Below, one piece after another: positions 54,305 to 64,000 of a stretch of DNA of 64,000 nt. Both the position numbers and the translations under genes were made by a program. The DNA is from Candidatus Binatia bacterium (GTDB taxonomy: Bacteria > Desulfobacterota > Binatia > UBA9968 > JAJDTQ01), in NCBI GenBank assembly GCA_963666515.2, contig OY762897.2, positions 704,001-768,000 on the forward strand. The letters run 5' to 3'. The stretch's first letter is position 1. Each line of letters opens with the position of its first letter. The notes beneath the pieces are model-generated. The model ran no database searches and was not told the origin of the DNA. It saw only the letters and a list, made by a program, of their open reading frames with translations.

Positions 54305-55545
54305 GCGACCGCTCCGGCCGCAAGGGTCTCTTCCATCCTCGGGTAGGCATTGGCGAAGACCCGCGCGGAGTCTTCCCTCAGCGCCGGCGCCACCTCGGTG
54401 GCGAACAGGCGCTGGCTCTTGAGCGCCAACTCACCCGGCATGTTGCCGAGATGGAACTGGATCAGCAGGTTCCCCACCTGGGACTTCTCGATGAGGTCCA
54501 GGATCTTCCGGTGCACGGTCTCGGGGCTCCCGACGACGATGGACTGGGCCTTGTCCAGCTCGTCCCAGTCGTTGACGTCCCCCAGCATGGAGCGGTTCGG
54601 GTCGGAATGCTTCAGGAATTCCTTCCACGCCGGGGCCGGGATGTAGGGCACGCCGGCGCCGAAGGTGAGCTGGCGCCCTTCCTTTCGCAGATGCCCCTTG
54701 AGGCAGTTGCGCAGGAAGTACCAGACTCCCTCTTCGCATTCCTCCCTGGCCTGGGCGTCGGTTTCGCTCACGTAGGCCGACATCAGGATGCCCATGCGGT
54801 ACGGCTGGTAGCTGTCGCCGTGCTCCTCCAGCACCTTGGAGAACTGCTCGCGGGCCTTGTAGGTCTCGCCGCCGTGGCTCCGGGACGAAAGGAAATAGCA
54901 GTAGCCGCGCTTGGCCACCTCGGTGAGGGTCGATGCGCTCCGGGAGCCCGGCACCCAGATGGGCGGATGGGGCTTCTGGGTGGGCTTGGGCCAGGGATTG
55001 ACGTAGCGCAGCGGATAGTAGTGGCCCTCGTGGTTGAACGGGCCGTCGTCGGTCCAGGCGCGCACCACCAGGTCCACGGCCTCCCAGAAGCGTTCCCGGG
55101 AGGTCACCGACGGGATGTCGTAGTTGTAGTTCTCGGGGCCGCCGCCGGGCGCGAATCCCGCGATGATGCGCCCGTTGCTCATGTTGTCGAGCATGGCGTA
55201 CTCTTCCGCCACCCGGAGCGGGTTGATGTGGAGCGGCAGCAGGTTGCCCAGGACGCAGATCTTCGCCTTGCTGGAGCGCTGGGTCAGCGCCGCGGCGATG
55301 AGGTTCGGCGACGGCATCAGCCCGTAGATGTTCTGGTGGTGCTCGTTCAGCACCAGGCCGTCGAAGCCCAACTCGTCGGCGTAGGCGAGCTGGTCGATGT
55401 ACTCCTGGAACAGGCCGCGGGACTTCTCCGAGTCCCACAGGCTGTTGGGGACCGTCACCCAGCCGGTATCGTACTTCTCGTCGAAGTCCTCGGGCAGGTG
55501 GGGATAGGCCATGAAATGCCAACAGAAGAGCTGTACCGGATGCAT
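54301..55545 (-). CDS. LLM-class flavin-dependent oxidoreductase
   Basis: ADELGFD..VLNEHH, PSPN, PLRVAEE..MLDNMSNGR, PWPKPTQKPHPPIW. Confidence 0.9.
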   Translation of the reverse strand: MHPVQLFCWHFMAYPHLPEDFDEKYDTGWVTVPNSLWDSEKSRGLFQEYIDQLAYADELGFDGLVLNEHHQNIYGLMPSPNLIAAALTQRSSKAKICVLGNLLPLHINPLRVAEEYAMLDNMSNGRIIAGFAPGGGPENYNYDIPSVTSRERFWEAVDLVVRAWTDDGPFNHEGHYYPLRYVNPWPKPTQKPHPPIWVPGSRSASTLTEVAKRGYCYFLSSRSHGGETYKAREQFSKVLEEHGDSYQPYRMGILMSAYVSETDAQAREECEEGVWYFLRNCLKGHLRKEGRQLTFGAGVPYIPAPAWKEFLKHSDPNRSMLGDVNDWDELDKAQSIVVGSPETVHRKILDLIEKSQVGNLLIQFHLGNMPGELALKSQRLFATEVAPALREDSARVFANAYPRMEETLAAGAVA

Positions 55546-55612
55546 GTTCCCTCCCAACGTGATGCGGCTACGACGCGGAAAACCCTCTAGCCCATGGTGT
55601 AGGGGCCGTCAA

Positions 55613-56206
55613 TCAGGTGAAGCTCCTGGCCCGGGCTTTCCGTCTCAGACGGACTCGCGTCCAGCCCATCAACCAGCCGATGAGCAGGACTCCCGCGCCG
55701 GCGACGAACCACCACAGCCGCATGTCGCGCTGGAGGTTGCTGCTTTCCTGCCGGAGACGCCGGAGCAGGCGTTTGTCGTTCACGGTTTCCTTGCTCAGCT
55801 TGTCGTTGTCGGCCGCGAGCTGCAGGTTCTCGCCGCGAAGCTGTTCCAGCTCCGCCGCCTGGGCTTCGACCTTGGCGGTCAACTCTTCGACGCGCCGCTG
55901 GGGCGGCGCCTCGGTGGTCAGAAAGTTCTTGAGCACGTAGCCCCGGCGCCCGTCCGGGAGCGATACGAGACTGTATTCGCCTTCCTCTCCCTCGACCTCC
56001 ATCTCGTTCCCGGTCTGCAAGGCGGCGATGATCCTGTGCGCGACGCTCGGTCCCGAACGCAGCATGATCTCGCGATGGCCGCTGACGTAGACCGTCTGCG
56101 CATGGGAGAGCGGGCCGGACAAGAGCATCACCAAGCCGAGGAGCCATGCCGGACGGAGCGCGCCTCGGATCCGGTTCAACCTGTTACGTGGGTGGTTCAT
56201 GGGCAT
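55613..56206 (-). CDS. SH3-domain membrane protein (TIGR04211/YgiM-like)
   Basis: Signal peptide, MLRSGPS, GYV, coiled coil, WFVAGAGV TM, basic tail. Confidence 0.85.
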   Translation of the reverse strand: MPMNHPRNRLNRIRGALRPAWLLGLVMLLSGPLSHAQTVYVSGHREIMLRSGPSVAHRIIAALQTGNEMEVEGEEGEYSLVSLPDGRRGYVLKNFLTTEAPPQRRVEELTAKVEAQAAELEQLRGENLQLAADNDKLSKETVNDKRLLRRLRQESSNLQRDMRLWWFVAGAGVLLIGWLMGWTRVRLRRKARARSFT

Positions 56207-56237
56207 GCGGGCGGTTCGAGGCGGTCGAGACCCGTTG

Positions 56238-57116
56238 CTACGAGGGGGCGTCCGCCGGTAAACCCATCTGCGACAACACGGTGCACGCCATCAGGCTGCC
56301 CCTCTCACCCAGTTGGCCGGAAACGGAGAAGTGGTGCGTTCCCGGCACCTCCAGGTAGGAGCAGTCCAGGCCCCGCTCCCGGCACAGGGCGAAGAAGTCC
56401 CTGGACATGCCGATCCACCCGCGCGTCTCCGCTCCGCCTACGGCCACCACGAACGGAGTCCGATCCAGGGGCGGATGGAGCATGGCGCTGATTTCCCGGG
56501 CGGTGTCGGGGGTCAGGCGGATGTCCTCGTTGGACGAGACGTAGAAGACGGGGTCCGGGTCGTACACGCCCGTGATCGCCACCGCGCCCTTGATGAGGTC
56601 CGCGGGCAGGCCGTCGTCCTCCCAGCGGTGGCTCAAGGCCCTGGCGGTCAGGTGGCCGCCGGCCGAGGACCCGGACAGGTAAAGCCGCTCCGGGTCGCCG
56701 CCGTACTCCGCGATGTGGCGGTAGACCCACGCGATGCCTTCCCGGGTCTCGCGCATGATGTCGGGCACCGTGACCTGCGGGCAGAGGTCGTATTCCAACA
56801 GCACCATGGTGGCCCCTGCCTCCACGAACGGCTCGGAGATGAAGCTGTAGGCGTCCTTGCTGCCGCCGCGCCAGTAGCCGCCGTGGATGTACACCTGCAC
56901 CGGCGCGCCGGGCTGCGCGGCCGGGAAGATGTCCAGCAGCATCTGGGGCCCGTCGCCGTAGCGCACGTCGCGGAAGTGCTTCAGCTTCGCGCGGGTGGCT
57001 TCGCTGGCCTTTTCCCGCTCCACCGCCAACTGCGGATACTCGGTGACGGTGGTGCGGGGATTGAACTGGTACTCCATCTCCTCCCGCTTGAAGTCCTTGT
57101 AGACCGTCTCCGCCAT
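56238..57116 (-). CDS. Alpha/beta hydrolase, arylformamidase-like
   Basis: YIHGGYW, YDLCP, GSSAGGHL, HHF; AGGAGG RBS. Confidence 0.88.
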   Translation of the reverse strand: MAETVYKDFKREEMEYQFNPRTTVTEYPQLAVEREKASEATRAKLKHFRDVRYGDGPQMLLDIFPAAQPGAPVQVYIHGGYWRGGSKDAYSFISEPFVEAGATMVLLEYDLCPQVTVPDIMRETREGIAWVYRHIAEYGGDPERLYLSGSSAGGHLTARALSHRWEDDGLPADLIKGAVAITGVYDPDPVFYVSSNEDIRLTPDTAREISAMLHPPLDRTPFVVAVGGAETRGWIGMSRDFFALCRERGLDCSYLEVPGTHHFSVSGQLGERGSLMACTVLSQMGLPADAPS

Positions 57117-57265
57117 GAGAACTCCTCCTTGACAGCGCGCCCGCCTTCACTCCCAGAGCCATTTGTGTATCAGATACGATCACGTGAAGCGAGAAGATTT
57201 CCGCGCGCGGAGCGCCGGACCGTATCCCTTGCCACCGGATGGAACATGCCGTAAGGAAGGGCGGC

Positions 57266-58624
57266 ATGGATATGTCGAGTTACGCAGAACGTCGCCGGGC
57301 GTTCGTGAACGGCATGGGCGAGGGAGTGGCCATCATCGCGGCCGCACCCCAGTCCACCCGGTCCAACGACGTGGAGTACCGGTACCGGCAGGACAACGAT
57401 CTGCTCTATCTTACCGGGTTCCCCGAGCCCAACTGCCTCTGCGTCCTGTCACCGCAGCACGAGCGGGAGCGGTTCATCCTGTTCGTGCAGCCGCGGGACC
57501 GGGAGAAGGAGACCTGGACCGGAAAGCGGTACGGCGTCGAAGGGGCGCAGGACGTGTTCGGCGCAGACGCCGCCTATACCATCGACCAGGTGGGGGAGGT
57601 CCTGCCCGCGCATCTGGCGCAGACGGACAACGTCTACTTCGCGCCCGGCCGGGACGAGGGCGTGAACACGCTGATCCGGGGGCTCATCGACCGCAGCCGG
57701 TCGGGGCGCGCCCGGACGGGCCGGGGTGTGGTGTCCCTGGTGGACCCGGGGGCGATCCTGCACGAAATGCGCCTCTGCAAGTCGGCCGGGGAGCTGGACC
57801 TCATGCGCAAGGCCGTGGCCGCGTCCGCGCGGGCGCACGCGGCGGCCATGAGAGAGGCGCGGGCCGGGACCTTCGAATACGAGCTGGAGGCGCTGCTGGA
57901 GTACCACTTCCGCTCCGCCGGCGGATCGGGTCCGGCCTACCCCTCCATCGTCGCCTCCGGCGCCAACGCGACGATCCTCCACTACACGCAGAACGACCGC
58001 CGCATGGGCGAAGGCGACCTGGTGCTCATCGACGCGGGCGCGGAGTTCGACGGGTACTGCTCGGACGTGACCCGCACCTTTCCGGTGGGCAAGGGCTATT
58101 CGCCGTCCCAGCGGCGAATCTACGAGATCGTGCTGCGGGCGCAGGAGGAAGGCATCGCCACGGTGCGTCCGGGGGCGTCCATGGAGGACATCCACCGGCG
58201 CGCCACCGAAGTGCTGGTGGAGGGCTTGCTCGATATCGGTCTTCTGTCCGGGGAGGCCGGCGAGCTTGTCGAGAAGGGGGAGCACACCCGCTTCTACATG
58301 CACCGCACCGGCCACTGGCTCGGGCTGGACGTGCACGACGTGGGCCGCTACCGGGTGGACGGCGCGGCGCGTCCGCTGGAGCCCGGAATGGTCCTCACCG
58401 TGGAGCCCGGCCTCTACGTGGCCGAGGATCTGGAGGAGGTTAGCGACGACTACCGCGGCATCGGCGTCCGCATCGAGGACGACGTGCTGGTGACCGAGGC
58501 CGGGCACGAGGTCCTGTCGGCCGCCATCCCCAAGGAAGTCGACGAGATCGAGGCCATCCGGAGGGAGGCGCTCGCTCGGTCGGCGCTCACTCGCAGCCGA
58601 GGCAGCGGATGGTCTCGAAGATGA
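57266..58624 (+). CDS. pepP: Xaa-Pro aminopeptidase
   Basis: YRQDNDLLYLTGF, ILHY, LIDAG, SDVTRT, GHWLGLDVHD, TVEPG, GVRIEDD. Confidence 0.93.
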   Translation: MDMSSYAERRRAFVNGMGEGVAIIAAAPQSTRSNDVEYRYRQDNDLLYLTGFPEPNCLCVLSPQHERERFILFVQPRDREKETWTGKRYGVEGAQDVFGADAAYTIDQVGEVLPAHLAQTDNVYFAPGRDEGVNTLIRGLIDRSRSGRARTGRGVVSLVDPGAILHEMRLCKSAGELDLMRKAVAASARAHAAAMREARAGTFEYELEALLEYHFRSAGGSGPAYPSIVASGANATILHYTQNDRRMGEGDLVLIDAGAEFDGYCSDVTRTFPVGKGYSPSQRRIYEIVLRAQEEGIATVRPGASMEDIHRRATEVLVEGLLDIGLLSGEAGELVEKGEHTRFYMHRTGHWLGLDVHDVGRYRVDGAARPLEPGMVLTVEPGLYVAEDLEEVSDDYRGIGVRIEDDVLVTEAGHEVLSAAIPKEVDEIEAIRREALARSALTRSRGSGWSRR

Positions 58625-58772
58625 CCGTCTCGTCGCCCGCGGTCCGCGCGTGGTCCAGCACCACGCGAAGGGCCTTCGACGGGTCGGGGAGCCCGTACTT
58701 CTCGGCCATGGCATCCAGCCATTCCTGCTGTACCCGCTCTATCTCCAGGCTCGCGTTGATCTTGTCCTTCAT
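58587..58772 (-). CDS. Small hypothetical protein (ribbon-helix-helix-like, C-terminal CxxC)
   Basis: AAGGAG RBS; WLDAMAEKYGLPDPSKALRVVLD...IRCLGCE; overlaps pepP 3' end. Confidence 0.6.
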   Translation of the reverse strand: MKDKINASLEIERVQQEWLDAMAEKYGLPDPSKALRVVLDHARTAGDETVIFETIRCLGCE

Positions 58773-58837
58773 TCGATGCTCCTTTCCGAATCGGTGAGAT
58801 CGGCCTCGTGGGAGGGCCGGGGTTCAACCGCGGGGCG

Positions 58838-61090
58838 TCACCTGTCCGCCCAGCGGCCGAGTTCTTCCAACAGGGTCATTCCGGTCTCGTCACGCCAGTC
58901 GCGGCAAAGACCGGCCAGGGAACGCTTGAGGGCGGGCAGGGGATCGGCCGCCGGCGTCATGAATCCGGCTTCCGCGCGAAGCCAGCCCAGCAGGTCGTCC
59001 AGACCGGCGAACCTTCCGCTGCCCATGGCCTCCCGCAGTCGCGGCACCGTCTCGCCGGCGAAACGCTGCTTGTTCTCCAGGTCGATGATGTCCGGGAGCA
59101 GCAGCGCGGCCTCGTCCAGCGACACGCCGATGCACGACAGCAGTTCATTGTAGAGGGACCGCGCCATCCGGTCGGCCTTGCCTCTCACCTGTTCAAGCAG
59201 TCCGGTTCCGGCGGCGTCAAGGGGTTCTCCGTCCGGGAGGAGCTGACAGTACAGCTTGAGCTTGGGCTCGGTGCCCGACGGCCGGACGGTGATGATGAAG
59301 TGGTCGGTATGGGCCTGGAGCACGTTCCGCGGCAGCCGGTCGGTGTCGCCGGCGATGGGGCCGAAGCGCTCCGGGTCCCAGTAGTCGACGAAACCCCGCA
59401 CCGGCTGTCCGGCCAGCTCCCGGGGAGGCGCTTCCCTGAGGCTGGCCATGATCCGGTCCTTCTTGCGCGTCCCCTCGGCGCCCGCCAGGGCGATGCTGCG
59501 GTTGACGTTGTCGTAGCTTCCCAGCTCCCGGAGCATGTCGACGTAGTAGTCCAGCAGGGTCCGGTCCTCGTCCAGCAGCCGCTGGTAGAGGCCTGCCAGG
59601 ACCATGCAGGCCGGGGTCGCGTCCTTGTCCCGGATGCCGGGTGCCATGACCACCCCGTGGCTCTCCTCCGCGGCGAGCACCAGGTCTTGCGGTGAGCAGG
59701 CGACGTCCCGGTAGCGGCCGGTGCGATCCAGGGTCTTGAGTACGTCCGCCACGTACTTGAACCCCACCAAGAGGTCGTCGATGAGCCACGAGTCGCCCGC
59801 TTCGGCCACGATCCGTCCGAGCAGGCGGGTGGTCACCAGTGTCTCCATCACCAGGCCCCGTCGGCGCGGGCCTTGGGGGTCGAGCATGAGATGGTGGCAG
59901 AGGATGGCGGCGATCTGGTTGCCGTCGAAGTGGTACCAGGAGCCGTCCGCCAGGCGCGCCTCCATGCCGATGCGGTCGGCGTCGGGGTCGCTGGAGAGGA
60001 CAATGCCGACGCCGTGCGTGTCGGCAAACTCCCGCGCCGGCTCGGTGGCGTGGGGCACTTCCGGGTTGGGCGCCTTGAAGGGAATGGCCGCGAAGCTGCC
60101 GTCCAGGCCCTGGTCAGGAGGGATCAGCAACGGGAAGCCGAGACGCTCCAGCACCGGCTTCACCGTGTTCACGCCGCAACCGCACAGCGGCGTGTACACC
60201 ACCGGCGCTTCGGGATCGGGCGGGCGGAGGTTCCCGTAGAGCCGGACATAGGTGTCCACGTACGCCGCCGGGAGGTCCGCGGGCAGCGGGCGGATCATTC
60301 CCGACCGAAGGCCCTCCTCGAAAGGGACGGTGCGCACGTCCGTGGCATTCTCCATGGCGTCCACCAGCCGCTGGTCCTCGGGGGCGATGGGCTGGCTGCC
60401 ATAGGCGTCGTAGACCTTGATGCCGTTGTCGTCCGGCGGGTTATGGGAGGCCGACACGTTGACGCCGCCCGCGGCGTCAAGCTGGACGATGAAGCACGAC
60501 AGCTCCGGCGTGCTGGTCACCGCGCCGTCGTCCTCGGGCTCGGCCAGGTAGGAGACGATGCCGTTGGCGGCGTAGATCTCGCACGCCAGCCGGGCCAGCG
60601 ACCGCGACGAAAGCCCCAGCAGGGGGTGCCCCGGACCCAGGAACCCGTACACGCCGGCATTGTCGGTGAACACCCGCACGTCGTTGGCCACAACCACGCT
60701 CAGCGGTTGTCCGGGCGAGTGGTCCTCGGCCTTGTCATGGAGGCTCCCGGCGGGACTGTCTTCATGACGGATATTTTCGGGGAAGCTTGCCTTCAGGTAG
60801 TTCGAATGTCCCTGGGCGGTCATGGCCACCGTCGAAGGATTCATCCGGTTGGGGCCGTAGCCCATGGGGCCGCGCCGGCCTCCGGTGCCGAAGGGCAGCA
60901 CCTGACGGAACGAGTCGAACACCAGCGCCAGACGCGCGTCTTCGAGGTGCCGGGCGATGATCTCCGGCTCCGCGTACGGAATCTCCCCGCTCATCCAGCG
61001 GCGCAGGCGCGCCGCGGCCTCCTTTCCGGCCGGGCCGTAGCGCTTCTCCAGCAGCGCCGACGTCCGTTCCAGTCGCGCGGGGCCGGTCAT
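58838..61090 (-). CDS. Phosphohexomutase (PGM/PMM family)
   Basis: FGTGGRRG, SASHNP, DPDADR, GFKY, EESHG, RPSGTEPK. Confidence 0.9.
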   Translation of the reverse strand: MTGPARLERTSALLEKRYGPAGKEAAARLRRWMSGEIPYAEPEIIARHLEDARLALVFDSFRQVLPFGTGGRRGPMGYGPNRMNPSTVAMTAQGHSNYLKASFPENIRHEDSPAGSLHDKAEDHSPGQPLSVVVANDVRVFTDNAGVYGFLGPGHPLLGLSSRSLARLACEIYAANGIVSYLAEPEDDGAVTSTPELSCFIVQLDAAGGVNVSASHNPPDDNGIKVYDAYGSQPIAPEDQRLVDAMENATDVRTVPFEEGLRSGMIRPLPADLPAAYVDTYVRLYGNLRPPDPEAPVVYTPLCGCGVNTVKPVLERLGFPLLIPPDQGLDGSFAAIPFKAPNPEVPHATEPAREFADTHGVGIVLSSDPDADRIGMEARLADGSWYHFDGNQIAAILCHHLMLDPQGPRRRGLVMETLVTTRLLGRIVAEAGDSWLIDDLLVGFKYVADVLKTLDRTGRYRDVACSPQDLVLAAEESHGVVMAPGIRDKDATPACMVLAGLYQRLLDEDRTLLDYYVDMLRELGSYDNVNRSIALAGAEGTRKKDRIMASLREAPPRELAGQPVRGFVDYWDPERFGPIAGDTDRLPRNVLQAHTDHFIITVRPSGTEPKLKLYCQLLPDGEPLDAAGTGLLEQVRGKADRMARSLYNELLSCIGVSLDEAALLLPDIIDLENKQRFAGETVPRLREAMGSGRFAGLDDLLGWLRAEAGFMTPAADPLPALKRSLAGLCRDWRDETGMTLLEELGRWADR

Positions 61091-61126
61091 CGCTTGGACA
61101 TTCCCATGGGTCCGAGTTGCAGGCGC

Positions 61127-61156
61127 AAAAAAGGCGGCCCCGGAAGGCCGCCTTTT
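61127..61156 (-). terminator. Rho-independent terminator after the second ubiD
   Basis: AAAAAAGGCGGCC-ccggaa-GGCCGCCTTTT; T-run on the minus strand. Confidence 0.8.
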
Positions 61157-61171
61157 CGTTCTCGGCGAGTG

Positions 61172-62746
61172 CTACCGTCCCGTGCGGGCCAGCGAGTGCA
61201 CCCAGCCGTGCATGCGGGACCTCGCGTTGGCGATGTCGTTGTCGCTGAAGAAGTTCTTGAGGTCCACCTTCTCCACCGCGTAGACCGGGCGCAGGAAGTC
61301 GCTCTCGTAGCCGAACGGCACGGTGGCGTCGATGCCCATGCCGCCTTCGAACACGGTGTTGGAGGCGGTCCACTGCCGGTCGCCGGCGGTCATGCGCTCG
61401 GCCGGCATGAAGGTCTGGCCGCGCCCGCCCGGGATCGGGTTCAGGATGTCGGTCTTGGGGTTCACCCGGGTGGTGAGGCACCACATGATGTCGTCCATGT
61501 CGTAGATGTCGGTGTCCTCGCTGGCGGCCACCACCAGGCGGGAGCCCTGGGAGGTGGACAGGATGGCCGACATGAAGTTCCGCTGCCAGCCTTCCTCGAT
61601 GCGGTTGCGCTTCTTCACCTGGATGATGGCGCCGCCCCAGTCGGTCATGCAGTAGGGGATGTTGACGTCCTGGATGATGCCGGGCTGCATGCGCTCGCAC
61701 AGGAGGTACATGCAGGCCTCGCGCACGGTGGTGTCGATGTTGTGGTCGTCCAGGGTGTGGACGCCCAGCGGGAATATGATGGGCTTGCCCTCGCGCTTGC
61801 GCGTGGTCACCGCGGTGACGTGGAAGGTGGGCGCCTTGTAGGCCTTGCCCATGTAGCCGGCCCATTCCGGGTGGAAGTGGAAGCGGCCCTGGATGTCGGC
61901 TTCCTCCGATTCCGCGGTCTCGTAGCGGCGGTCGCGCGGGTTGACGTAGCCTTCCAGCACCACCTCGCAGTCGGCCAGCGCCAGCGCGTCCACGGTCTTG
62001 GCCTTGACCACCCGCACCGGCGAGCCCTGCACCGCGCCGGCCACGCCCAGCTCGTCGCAGCCCTGTGGCAGCACCACGTAATCGAAGCCGGCTCCCGCCA
62101 GGAGCGTGCAGGAAGGCGGCACCCCGAAGCACATGGTGATGGGGACGGGCTTGTCGGCCTGGTAGTACTTGGACACCACCTGCCACATGTGCGATCCCGG
62201 CGAGATCTGGAAGGTGGCGACGTTGCCCCAGCGGAAGTTCATGCGGTTGTAGCCCAGGTCGGTGCCGCCGTCGAAGTGCTCGCCGGAGATGAGCCGGTTG
62301 CCCGATCCCACGGTAAGTTCCGGCTCGTACTCGGTGTGGCGGATGGGCAGCATGTACTCGTTGACGTCCTTGGGGTCCTTGATGATCTCCTCGTGGACCG
62401 GCGCCTCCTCGGAGCTTACTTCCACGGGCGGGATCTGGTTCTTGATGGCGTCGGCGAGCTTGCGGGTGCGGTCGGTGTGGCTCTCCCAGCCGAACATCTT
62501 GTTGATGACGCCCATGTCGCCGAACAGGTTGGTGACCGCGCGGTGGTAGGGCTTGTCCTTGACGTTGTTGAACAGGATCGGACAGCCGCCGTCCAGGTTC
62601 TTCTGGATCGCGGTGATCTCCAGGTCGGGATCGACCTCCTTGTCGGTCTCGATCAGGTCGCCCTCGGCCTTGAGCCACTCCAGCGCGTTGCGAAGGTCGT
62701 GGATATCTTCCGCCGCGGCGCCGAGTTTCTTTGCTGCTTTTGCCAT
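61172..62746 (-). CDS. UbiD-family decarboxylase (divergent paralogue)
   Basis: DLRNALEWL, VDPDLEI, ILFNNVK, GYNR, EVVLEG, PEWAGY, EDTDIYD, MGIDAT. Confidence 0.88.
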   Translation of the reverse strand: MAKAAKKLGAAAEDIHDLRNALEWLKAEGDLIETDKEVDPDLEITAIQKNLDGGCPILFNNVKDKPYHRAVTNLFGDMGVINKMFGWESHTDRTRKLADAIKNQIPPVEVSSEEAPVHEEIIKDPKDVNEYMLPIRHTEYEPELTVGSGNRLISGEHFDGGTDLGYNRMNFRWGNVATFQISPGSHMWQVVSKYYQADKPVPITMCFGVPPSCTLLAGAGFDYVVLPQGCDELGVAGAVQGSPVRVVKAKTVDALALADCEVVLEGYVNPRDRRYETAESEEADIQGRFHFHPEWAGYMGKAYKAPTFHVTAVTTRKREGKPIIFPLGVHTLDDHNIDTTVREACMYLLCERMQPGIIQDVNIPYCMTDWGGAIIQVKKRNRIEEGWQRNFMSAILSTSQGSRLVVAASEDTDIYDMDDIMWCLTTRVNPKTDILNPIPGGRGQTFMPAERMTAGDRQWTASNTVFEGGMGIDATVPFGYESDFLRPVYAVEKVDLKNFFSDNDIANARSRMHGWVHSLARTGR

Positions 62747-62849
62747 TTACAACTCCTCTTGTGTGATTTGCGTTTGATGGGATGCGTGCGTCAGATGCGA
62801 TACAGCCGGCAGGATAAGCCATGAAGCGTCCCCGTGGGGACATCACTCC

Positions 62850-62924
62850 CCGTCATTCCGGCGAAAGCCGGAATCCAGAACGTCCAAAATGGCCTCTGGA
62901 TTCCGGCTTTCGCCGGAATGACGG
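62850..62924. repeat. CGTC-type REP doublet (REPIN-like)
   Basis: Perfect 30-bp inverted repeat CCGTCATTCCGGCGAAAGCCGGAATCCAGA around a 15-bp spacer. Confidence 0.88.
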
Positions 62925-63041
62925 AATCCGCGAACAGCGATAGTTCCCACTTTAGTTAACGAATGGGGCCGTTGCTGTCAACTGAGTCGCGTTGTTTCAC
63001 CGTGTCCCGGCCCGATCGGCGGCCGGGAGCGCTTTGCCCTC

Positions 63042-64000
63042 TCACCCAGGGCCGGGCCGGAACCGCCGCTTCCAGGTCAGGGCGGCCCGGATGCTCAGGT
63101 AGACCACCGCGAGGCACAGCAGTTCCAGCATCCACGCGTATTGATACGAGCCCGTTACGTCGTAGGCGAAACCGCCGAACCAGGTGCCGAGAGCCGCGCC
63201 GAGTCCGAAGGTGATCTCCAGGAGCCCGACGATCATGGCGACGTTCCGGCCCCAGAAGATGTCCGCGATGGTGGAGGCGTAGACCGGGTTGCTGGCGCTG
63301 TGGCCCAGCCCGTACAGGAGGGCGAACGCCGCCGGCCACCAGCCGGGCGCCTCGGGGCCCAGCGCCATGAGCACGCCGACGCCGCCCAGCCCCATGAGGG
63401 TGGCGAGGCGCAGCGCGCGCTCCCGGCCGATGCGGTCCGAGGCAAAGCCCCAGATGGCCGTGCCGGGGACCCGCGTCACCCCCACCAGCCCGAAGATCGA
63501 GGCCGCGGCGAGCTTTCCGAACCCGCGGTGGATCAGGTGGGCGACGGCGTGGGTGTACACCAGCGTAATCCCCGCGCCGACGGCGAGGTGGCCCACGGCG
63601 ATGCACCAGAACGGGAACGAGGACAGGGTCTGCCTGAGCGTCCAGTCCCGGTGGCCGGCGGGCCTTGCCGAGGGGGACGTGACGGCCGCCGCGCTCCGGT
63701 CCGGCGCGTCGACGGCGCCGCCGTCCGGAAGCTGGCCGATGTCCTCGGGCCGGCGCCGCTGCAAGAGCCCGTTGAGCGGCACGTGGACCAACAGGATGGC
63801 CGCCCCCAGCAGCGTCATGGCGCCTCGCCAGCCGTAGCTCGTGATGAGCACCTGCACGCCGGGAACGATCACGATGCCGACGCCCAGTCCCATGGCGGCG
63901 ACGCCGATGGCGGAGGCCCGCCGCCTGCGGAACCAGTGGGCCAGCACCGCAGTGGTGCCGACGAAGTCGATGCAGCCGACGCCGAATCCCGCCAGCAGGC
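63042..64000 (-). CDS. MFS transporter (start lies outside the window)
   Basis: WFRRRRASAIG, YGWR, GFASDRIGRE, YDVTGSY. Confidence 0.88.
   Translation of the reverse strand, partial: LLAGFGVGCIDFVGTTAVLAHWFRRRRASAIGVAAMGLGVGIVIVPGVQVLITSYGWRGAMTLLGAAILLVHVPLNGLLQRRRPEDIGQLPDGGAVDAPDRSAAAVTSPSARPAGHRDWTLRQTLSSFPFWCIAVGHLAVGAGITLVYTHAVAHLIHRGFGKLAAASIFGLVGVTRVPGTAIWGFASDRIGRERALRLATLMGLGGVGVLMALGPEAPGWWPAAFALLYGLGHSASNPVYASTIADIFWGRNVAMIVGLLEITFGLGAALGTWFGGFAYDVTGSYQYAWMLELLCLAVVYLSIRAALTWKRRFRPGPG

Noticed and set aside
57167-57177. Short palindrome GTATC-A-GATAC in a divergent promoter region
   Set aside because: Too short to distinguish from chance; no regulator gene nearby

Overview
High-GC bacterial chromosome segment. 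The gene content (CoA-transferase III pair, two UbiD paralogues, LLM oxidoreductases, TAXI-TRAP, EutA-like ATPase, FGE-domain protein) suggests a deltaproteobacterial/Binatia-like heterotroph, possibly host-associated; this is inference only. It carries about 52 CDS: housekeeping genes (ileS-lspA, metH, pepP, a phosphohexomutase), many catabolic enzymes, a MoxR/DUF58/VWA cluster split in two, a VapBC-type toxin-antitoxin pair, one intact IS1634-family element with terminal inverted repeats and a 6-bp target duplication, and two CGTC-type REP doublets. The standout is a minus-strand cluster at 21087-24447. It encodes a 155-aa putative precursor (double-glycine-like leader, then a (Gly-Cys)8-Ser/Cys tract with 12 Cys, an acidic spacer, and a Cys-flanked glycine-zipper bacteriocin-like segment), followed by a perfect 13-bp hairpin, a 4-TM membrane protein, a HlyD adaptor and a TauD-family dioxygenase. 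This is a candidate undescribed secreted RiPP/bacteriocin or metal-binding peptide system. No rRNA, tRNA or CRISPR array was recognised. Family names come from motif recognition, not database searches.
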